Origin: Candidatus Hydrogenedentota bacterium
GTDB lineage: Bacteria > Hydrogenedentota > Hydrogenedentia > Hydrogenedentales > CAITNO01
Reading direction: 5' to 3'
DNA: 64,000 nt
Assembly: GCA_903893795.1 (NCBI GenBank)
Contig: CAITNO010000061.1
Location: forward strand, 640 to 64,639
Positions 58,280-64,000 of the stretch are shown one piece after another; position 1 is the stretch's first letter, and the number at the start of each line of letters is the position of its first letter. Both the position numbers and the translations under genes were made by a program. The notes beneath the pieces were generated by a model that saw only the letters and a program-made list of their open reading frames with translations, was not told the origin of the DNA and searched no databases.

Positions 58280-60550
58280 TCAGGCTTTCTCCCTCTTGGC
58301 CGCCTTTTTCGTTTTGCGCATTACCGAAATGATAATCGCAGGAAGCAGCATGGCCAACCCTGCGGCGGAAAGGGCTTTCACTTTTCTCGGCGTCAGGGCA
58401 AAATGAGAATGCTGTGCGTATACCACCCGGTCGTCAAAGTCCGGGGGGAACCAGCGGAGTTTGTTGGCCTGCTGGGCAACGGCCAGATTGGGATTCCTGC
58501 GGACGAGCGCCTTGTAAAAGCGGTCGGCCGCCTTGGGGTCGCGGTTCTTTAAGAAAGTCCCGCCTTCGTACAGCGCCGTTGCTGTGAGGGGGTCATTGTC
58601 CGGCAGGAGTTGCGCGGCCTCCCACATGAGGTCGGCGGCGAGATAGCGGTAGTGGAAGCGTGTGTTGGGCTTGGGTTGGTTGCCCTTGGGCCACGGTTTC
58701 CCGTCCTGTTCACCCCATTGGCCGTCATAGGAGCGCCCGTCAGGCGCGAGCGCCGTTCCGTAGAGTTCCATCCCATCCTCACGGGTGACGCGGGCGGCAT
58801 CGATGAGACTCTCTGCCCTTTCCTTGCGTGTTTTCGCCGGGTCCCTTCCGTTGCGAAGGTTGGAAAACAGTGTTCTTGCCTCGTCCTGCATGGCTTCTGG
58901 ATAAAAGGGAATTGCCTTTTCAAGCGAATCTTCGCGTGCAAGCCTTCGGGCGCAGAGGTGGCGAATATCGGGGAGGCGGGTAGGGTAGTAGGCGTTTTTG
59001 TCCTCATCGGTCGGGGCAAGTGTGGAGGCATAGCCGACGAGTTCATCAAGCGTCATGTATTGTTCGGCGACACAGGCGGCATCAAAAGGAGACCGGGCTT
59101 TCAGGAAAGCGTCCATGGTACCGGCATAGTATTTGGGGTCATCGGCGGCTCTCTTGAAGAGAACCATGCCCAAGTCCAATGCCGCCATCCTTTCAGGAGG
59201 CCAGGGTGGCAGGACGCCGTCAATCGAACTGCATGCCCACCACTTGGGTGCGTTTTGCGCGCCGGGCTGCTCGGGATTCCCAGACTGCTCCAAGTCCCTG
59301 GCGAGTTTGGCGAGAAGGTCTGAGGCCTCGGGGAGTTTGCCGTCTCTGAGAAGAAGTTTGGACTGCACCCACATGGCGACCACGGAATCGGGAGGGGAAA
59401 GCTGGAGCCAATGTTTGGCGGCGTCAAAATCACCAAACTGATATGCAAGCCAGGCGACCCTGTCGGCATAGGGCAGGGGTGATGTTTGGGGTGTTTCCTG
59501 CAACCTGGCCAGAAGCCAGTCCTTTTCACCCTTATTGGGATAGTCACTGCGGCAGATTCGCCATGCAGTAAGAACTTCGCGTAATTGTTCGTTGCCAAGA
59601 ATCTTGTCGAGTTGGTCTGCTTGAATTTCTTTATCCAAACCGCGCATGGCCCGGTCCAGGGATAGCACCGCGGATTGACGCTGCGTTGCATCTCCGTGAA
59701 CGTAGTAGTCCAAATAGAGTGAAACCGCTTCGGCGGTGGCCCCCTGTTTCAGCTTTATATGGGCAATCCATCCGGTGGATTCGTTGGCAAGAAGCAGCGG
59801 GTCGGCAAAGCCCGCATGGGCCAGTTCGGCGACTCCGGTGAAAGCAGTCATGGCGTCGGAGAAACGTTCAAGGTGCAGGAGGACCATGGCGCGCATGTAC
59901 GCGGCCCAGACGGTGCGGTAGGGGCGCTGCTCCGGCGGAAGATCAAGTATCTGCGTGAAGGTTTGCAGTGCCGTTTCATAGTCATGGTTTTGGTATGCCG
60001 TGGCCGCGCGGGCATAGAGTGAGAACTCGCCCGGAAGACGACTCAGTAAAGGTTCATAGGAGGTCAGGTAGAAGACGGGCGGTTTGGTCGGGGCCGGGTA
60101 GCTGGAGCTGTATCCGCCGGCGGCCCAACTCTTGCGCTCGGCCATTTGCGCTTCCCACTCGCGCAACTGGCGGGCAAGCCCGCACATGGCCGCCCGCATC
60201 AATTGATATTCTTCGAGGATGCGCTGCACTTCCTCCGCGGGCTTGGATGCGGCCAGCAGGGCGTCATGAAGCTGGGCGGCATCCTTTTCCACCATCGCTT
60301 TGCAGGCAGGGTCGCTGTCTTCATAATTGGGCTTCTGTGGAGGCGGGCCAAGGAGCGGAGGCTGGCCCAGAATGTGATATATCTCGTACTCAAAGGAAAG
60401 GGCTGGCAAAGCGAGCGGGTCACTGCCGCCTGTCACAAGGAAATCATTGTCGTAGATCACAATACATGCAAATGACGTTCCTGCTAAGCAGACCGAGGCC
60501 GTTAGGAAGGTCAGGTGCCTGAGAAATTGACGATGTGAACGGCACTGCAT
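58280..60550 (-). CDS. Hypothetical 756-aa protein, helical-repeat-rich, with C-terminal TM anchor and basic tail
   Basis: Long ORF with TPR-like stretches (…YETALQTFTQILDL…). C-terminus LAMLLPAIIISVMRKTKKAAKREKA. The tracked start overlaps the upstream gene by 40 nt, so the true start is uncertain. Confidence 0.6.
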   Translation of the reverse strand: MQCRSHRQFLRHLTFLTASVCLAGTSFACIVIYDNDFLVTGGSDPLALPALSFEYEIYHILGQPPLLGPPPQKPNYEDSDPACKAMVEKDAAQLHDALLAASKPAEEVQRILEEYQLMRAAMCGLARQLREWEAQMAERKSWAAGGYSSSYPAPTKPPVFYLTSYEPLLSRLPGEFSLYARAATAYQNHDYETALQTFTQILDLPPEQRPYRTVWAAYMRAMVLLHLERFSDAMTAFTGVAELAHAGFADPLLLANESTGWIAHIKLKQGATAEAVSLYLDYYVHGDATQRQSAVLSLDRAMRGLDKEIQADQLDKILGNEQLREVLTAWRICRSDYPNKGEKDWLLARLQETPQTSPLPYADRVAWLAYQFGDFDAAKHWLQLSPPDSVVAMWVQSKLLLRDGKLPEASDLLAKLARDLEQSGNPEQPGAQNAPKWWACSSIDGVLPPWPPERMAALDLGMVLFKRAADDPKYYAGTMDAFLKARSPFDAACVAEQYMTLDELVGYASTLAPTDEDKNAYYPTRLPDIRHLCARRLAREDSLEKAIPFYPEAMQDEARTLFSNLRNGRDPAKTRKERAESLIDAARVTREDGMELYGTALAPDGRSYDGQWGEQDGKPWPKGNQPKPNTRFHYRYLAADLMWEAAQLLPDNDPLTATALYEGGTFLKNRDPKAADRFYKALVRRNPNLAVAQQANKLRWFPPDFDDRVVYAQHSHFALTPRKVKALSAAGLAMLLPAIIISVMRKTKKAAKREKA

Positions 60551-61821
60551 TGAACGACCTCCTTGACCTCGTTTTGTTCGGGGCGGACGCGAAACCAGCC
60601 GACCACCTTGGGGGGCGCCTTGGCTTCCGGGGCCGGTCCCTCCACCTGAACAGTGTCCTGTCCGAGCGCGCCTCTGCCCTTATAGCCACCTATAATATCA
60701 TAGGCCAGTACCGCATCGTTATGCCACCGCACTTCGCATGAGATCGGGTCGGCGGGGGCGTAGTCGCCGGTGTTGGCCAGCCAAAGTTCATAGAGTCCCG
60801 GCTCGGACGGACGCATTTCGGCGGTGAAAGAGGCGTTTGGGGCATCACCTTTCAGCAGCGAGGCAAAGGCGGGCCAGGGGAGGTTGCGCCGGTCACCCTC
60901 CACGGGCAAGCGGAACCAGACCAGGCCAAGGCAGTGGTCCAGTGGATGGTCGCGCCACTGTCGGGTCAGCGTGGCCAGGGCTGCGGGGTCGGCCGAAACG
61001 TCTTTGACCGTCATGCCCGGCGCGGGGGACTGGGTGCTCTGCTCGGCGAGGATGGAGCGGAACCGGCCCTGCTGGTCGAGGAGGAGCCGGTAGGAGTAGG
61101 TGGGCAGGGCCACGTAGAACGGCACCCCCATGCGGGACGCCCGCCCGGCATACTGCAGGGCCTTCTTGGGGTCGCAGAGGGTATGAAGGGAGTCTGCCAC
61201 GCTCGGGTTCCCAAGGGAGTGTACCTGCAGCACGAAGTAATCGACCTGCGCCAGCAGCGTGGGAAAAACGGGGCTGTTGAGCCAGTCGGGCAGGGTGGTA
61301 ATGGAGCATGGGGTGCGGTCGGGAAGCGCGGCGTGGAGGCCTTTCATGAACTCCGCGTAGTCCGAGACAGCCGAGGTGGGACAGTCAAAATCGATTTGCA
61401 CACCGGGGTGCTGCACGCCCTCCTGCCTGGCCGACAGATAGGGTTCCAAATGGGACAGGAGGAAGGCCACGGCGGCGGGACTGTGGTGTTGGGCGAGGGC
61501 CTTGGAGAATTCGCTGCGTACCCGCAGGACCACCGTGACCGTTTTGGAGATGCCCCGAAGCTCGGGTATGGCCGGGAGGAAAGTGAAGTCCTTGCCGTCA
61601 TAGCCCACCTCACCAGCCAACAGCATGAAACCGTCCACCTGGGCTTGGCTTTGGTCGATGGCCCGGCGCACGGCGTCGTCCCAGTGCATCTGCCAGACAT
61701 AAACCTGCTGGGTGAAAGGAAGAGGGGCGTGGCGGTGAAAGAGGCGGGGAAACAGCGCACCTGCACCGGCGAGGCATAGCCCCGCGAGAAGCACGCAGAA
61801 AATGAGCTGCAGGAGTTTCAT
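60511..61821 (-). CDS. Secreted hypothetical protein, possibly DUF3142-like
   Basis: Signal peptide. QQVYVWQMHWDDAVRRAI resembles the DUF3142 N-terminal motif from memory only. Confidence 0.55.
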   Translation of the reverse strand: MKLLQLIFCVLLAGLCLAGAGALFPRLFHRHAPLPFTQQVYVWQMHWDDAVRRAIDQSQAQVDGFMLLAGEVGYDGKDFTFLPAIPELRGISKTVTVVLRVRSEFSKALAQHHSPAAVAFLLSHLEPYLSARQEGVQHPGVQIDFDCPTSAVSDYAEFMKGLHAALPDRTPCSITTLPDWLNSPVFPTLLAQVDYFVLQVHSLGNPSVADSLHTLCDPKKALQYAGRASRMGVPFYVALPTYSYRLLLDQQGRFRSILAEQSTQSPAPGMTVKDVSADPAALATLTRQWRDHPLDHCLGLVWFRLPVEGDRRNLPWPAFASLLKGDAPNASFTAEMRPSEPGLYELWLANTGDYAPADPISCEVRWHNDAVLAYDIIGGYKGRGALGQDTVQVEGPAPEAKAPPKVVGWFRVRPEQNEVKEVVQCSAVHIVNFSGT

Positions 61822-61852
61822 GTCCCTATCGTAGGGTGCGGGAGGGGCAGGG

Positions 61853-63517
61853 TCAAATGGGCGGTTTCGGATTGTCCCTCAGGCGGACTTCAGTGTCGGC
61901 CACGGCGGGGATGCCGGAGTCGTCCCAGGCGATGGCAGTGACGCGCAGGGGAAAATTGGACCAGGGCCTAAAGTCTGTTTCTGTACCCGTGTGCGGGATA
62001 TCGGCACCGAAATCCCAGAGGACCTGTTTGAGCGTGTGGGCGGCCTCGTCGGATTTGCAGGTGAAGTGGAGGCAATCGGGGTCTCCGTCCTTGGGCTGGT
62101 ACGTGATGGACACCGTGTACTTGCAGGAAGCCTGCGTGTCAGCCGGAAGGGTGTTGTCGGCATTGCCGGTTGCGGTATTGCCGGACCAGCAGGGATTCAT
62201 GCCGGGGTCTCCCGTGAGCACCGGTCCCTTGTTTTCAGTGATGCTGTTCCGGAAAAAGCGGAGACCGCTGAGATGCTCGCCGCAGGTCTGTATGGCGCCA
62301 TGGCCGTTGCCGGCAATGCTGTTTTCGATGAAAAGCATATTGTGGCAGTTGCCGTTGAATCGCACACCGTAGCCCTGACCCGGATACTGCGCCTTGGGGT
62401 CATTCAGCAGAGCGCCTTCGAAGGTATTCTGCCGGAACACATGCCCCGATGCGCCACCCGCCTCGCCCTGGATTTGGGCATTCCAGGTGACGCAGTTGCG
62501 GATGGTGTTTCTGGCCCAGTAGATGCGCTCCTTGGGTCCCGTATTCGATATGGAAATACCGATCTGCTGGCCGCCGTCCACGACGTTGTCCGTGAAGACG
62601 CAGTCGGAGGAATCCACGAGTTCCAGACCAATGGCTTTTATGGTGCCGGTTGCGTCGCCAATCTTGTTGCGGCGGATGGCCGTCTGCGGCGATTTGTCCA
62701 CGCTGAGCCAGTGGTCGAGGGTGTTGTCCTCCACGATGGACTTGGGGCAGCCGCCCCAGAGTTCGATGCCCAGCCCCTCGCCGTGCGAACCGGATAGCAC
62801 GTTCTTGCTGATGGACAACTCGGGCGATTCGTTGCACAGGATGCCGCCGCGGCCGGTGTTGCGGATGGTGTTTTCCACGATCTGATTTCCCGACGAGCCT
62901 TTGGAGATGCGCATACCCGCGCCCCAAGGGCTGTCCACGCCGATGTTCTCGAGGGTGCAATGCAGTATGACGGAATCGGTCACCTGCTCGGAAAAGAGTA
63001 TGGCGTGGGGACCGAATCCCTCCTTGGCGCTGAAATTGCGCAGTGTCACGTCCTGAATAAAGAGGTGACTGGACCGCGATGCCACGATCCCCTGGGTCGC
63101 ATTGGGATTCATCGCGGCGTCAAGGGTGAGGTCGTAAACGTTTATGCGAGTTTCGTTCTGTATATCCAGCAGGGGACACGGCGCAGCACCCACAAAGCGC
63201 AACACGGCGCCGCCTTTTTCATCGCCGGTCAATTCGGTGTTTGAATGGACATGCAAGGTCCGGGAGAACTCGTAGATCCCTGTGGGAAAGGTGATAACCG
63301 TTCCTCCGTGGACGTCGTCAAGCACGGCCTGAAGGGCTGCTCTGTCATCCTTTCCATCGTCGGGAATCACCGCCCGGTCGGTGACAAGAATGTGTGCCGG
63401 AGGAATGCCACCGCCCACCCGCACGCGCTGGAGTTCTGCGTGCGCGACAAGGGGCACGGCAAGGTACAAGGCGAGGAGGCACAGCAGTGAGGTGCGAACG
63501 GCCCGTGTTGGAAACAT
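61853..63517 (-). CDS. Secreted right-handed parallel beta-helix (pectate-lyase-fold) protein with C-terminal PKD-like domain
   Basis: ATG at 63517 gives signal MFPTRAVRTSLLCLLALYLAVPLVAHA. DGKDDRAALQAVLDDVHGGTVITFPTGIYEF is a Pectate_lyase_3-like N-cap. Repeated NxxxxNxI(x)N beta-helix rungs. C-terminal VLWDFGADIPHTGTE is PKD-like. Confidence 0.75.
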   Translation of the reverse strand: MFPTRAVRTSLLCLLALYLAVPLVAHAELQRVRVGGGIPPAHILVTDRAVIPDDGKDDRAALQAVLDDVHGGTVITFPTGIYEFSRTLHVHSNTELTGDEKGGAVLRFVGAAPCPLLDIQNETRINVYDLTLDAAMNPNATQGIVASRSSHLFIQDVTLRNFSAKEGFGPHAILFSEQVTDSVILHCTLENIGVDSPWGAGMRISKGSSGNQIVENTIRNTGRGGILCNESPELSISKNVLSGSHGEGLGIELWGGCPKSIVEDNTLDHWLSVDKSPQTAIRRNKIGDATGTIKAIGLELVDSSDCVFTDNVVDGGQQIGISISNTGPKERIYWARNTIRNCVTWNAQIQGEAGGASGHVFRQNTFEGALLNDPKAQYPGQGYGVRFNGNCHNMLFIENSIAGNGHGAIQTCGEHLSGLRFFRNSITENKGPVLTGDPGMNPCWSGNTATGNADNTLPADTQASCKYTVSITYQPKDGDPDCLHFTCKSDEAAHTLKQVLWDFGADIPHTGTETDFRPWSNFPLRVTAIAWDDSGIPAVADTEVRLRDNPKPPI

Positions 63518-63557
63518 GGAGCGAGTCTCCTGCCTGGGGATGTCGGAAATCTTGCGG

Positions 63558-64000
63558 TCAGGGGGTCCTTTTGACGGCGTCGGCGAGACTCTTGGCGAAG
63601 GCCTCCACCGTTTCCAGCAGTGCCGGGTTTTCGGCATGCTGAGCGACGACCCGCACAATGGCGGAACCAACCACGACTCCTTCAGCCAATCCGGCAACGG
63701 CGGCGGCCTGTTCCGGGGTGGAGATGCCGAAACCAACGGCGACCGGTTTGCCTGTCAGGCGCTGGATGCGGGTGACGGACTGCTTGAGTCCCTCGGCAAG
63801 GGCAACCTGTTCGCCGGTGACGCCGAGGCGCGACACATAGTAGACGAATCCCGAGCATTTTTCGCCGATGAGGCGCAGGCGGTCGTCGCTGCTGGTCGGG
63901 GCCGTGAGGAACACGGTGCAGAGCCCGGCCCCGTCGAGCGCCGCCTTGTAGTCATCGGCCTCGTCAGGCGGCAGGTCCACGCAGAGGACGCCGTCCACGC
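63558..64000 (-). CDS. trpA: Tryptophan synthase alpha chain, C-terminal part (gene continues beyond the window end)
   Basis: DGVLCVDLPPDE...FLTAPTS...GFVYYVSRLGVTG...PVAVGFGISTPEQA...GVVVGSAIV are canonical TrpA motifs. Confidence 0.9.
   Translation of the reverse strand, partial: VDGVLCVDLPPDEADDYKAALDGAGLCTVFLTAPTSSDDRLRLIGEKCSGFVYYVSRLGVTGEQVALAEGLKQSVTRIQRLTGKPVAVGFGISTPEQAAAVAGLAEGVVVGSAIVRVVAQHAENPALLETVEAFAKSLADAVKRTP

Noticed and set aside
1-64000. CRISPR arrays, rRNA genes, IS elements with terminal inverted repeats, retron or reverse-transcriptase loci.
   Set aside because: Reading both strands, I found no regularly spaced direct repeats, no rRNA-like sequence, no DDE transposase and no reverse-transcriptase motif (YxDD). 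By-eye scanning cannot exclude short or degenerate repeats.

Overview
High-G+C bacterial chromosomal window with Gram-negative-type envelope genes; the taxon cannot be assigned by eye. It has two parts. (1) Positions 1 to about 22.3 kb look like an integrated mobile/defence island. It carries a translationally coupled operon (141-8984): a DUF4365-type PD-(D/E)xK nuclease, a 395-aa orphan, a large Zn-ribbon DUF1156/COG1743 DNA methyltransferase, a 165-aa orphan and an SNF2 helicase, preceded by a G10 tract. Next come several orphan genes, a replication-like module with a family-A DNA polymerase (3'-5' exonuclease domain), an AbiEi/AbiEii toxin-antitoxin pair with a perfect 13-bp inverted repeat over its start codon, and a minus-strand operon of large serine recombinase plus two ParB-like proteins. 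The island ends at a 3' fragment of tRNA-Ser(CGA) (22232-22294), which fits an att scar. (2) 22.5-64 kb is ordinary core chromosome: an mdtABC-type RND efflux operon with a NodT-type outer-membrane factor and a possible 55-aa membrane ORF, a beta-propeller/phosphoesterase fusion, a putative glycosidase, an M20 peptidase, an acyl-CoA synthetase, a Gfo/Idh/MocA oxidoreductase, two CarboxypepD_reg-repeat proteins, rpsT, a duplicated-domain/Ig surface protein, ExbB/ExbD-TPR-VWA genes (VWA gene frameshifted), a GHMP kinase, a beta-CASP MBL hydrolase, a DegT aminotransferase, three secreted/envelope proteins and the 3' part of trpA. I found no rRNA, no intact tRNA and no CRISPR array. The best candidate for an undescribed system is the nuclease-methyltransferase-helicase operon at 141-8984. 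It lacks the partner genes of every named system I can recall, but the window starts only 433 nt upstream, so the operon may be incomplete. All domain calls come from motif recognition by eye; no searches were run.
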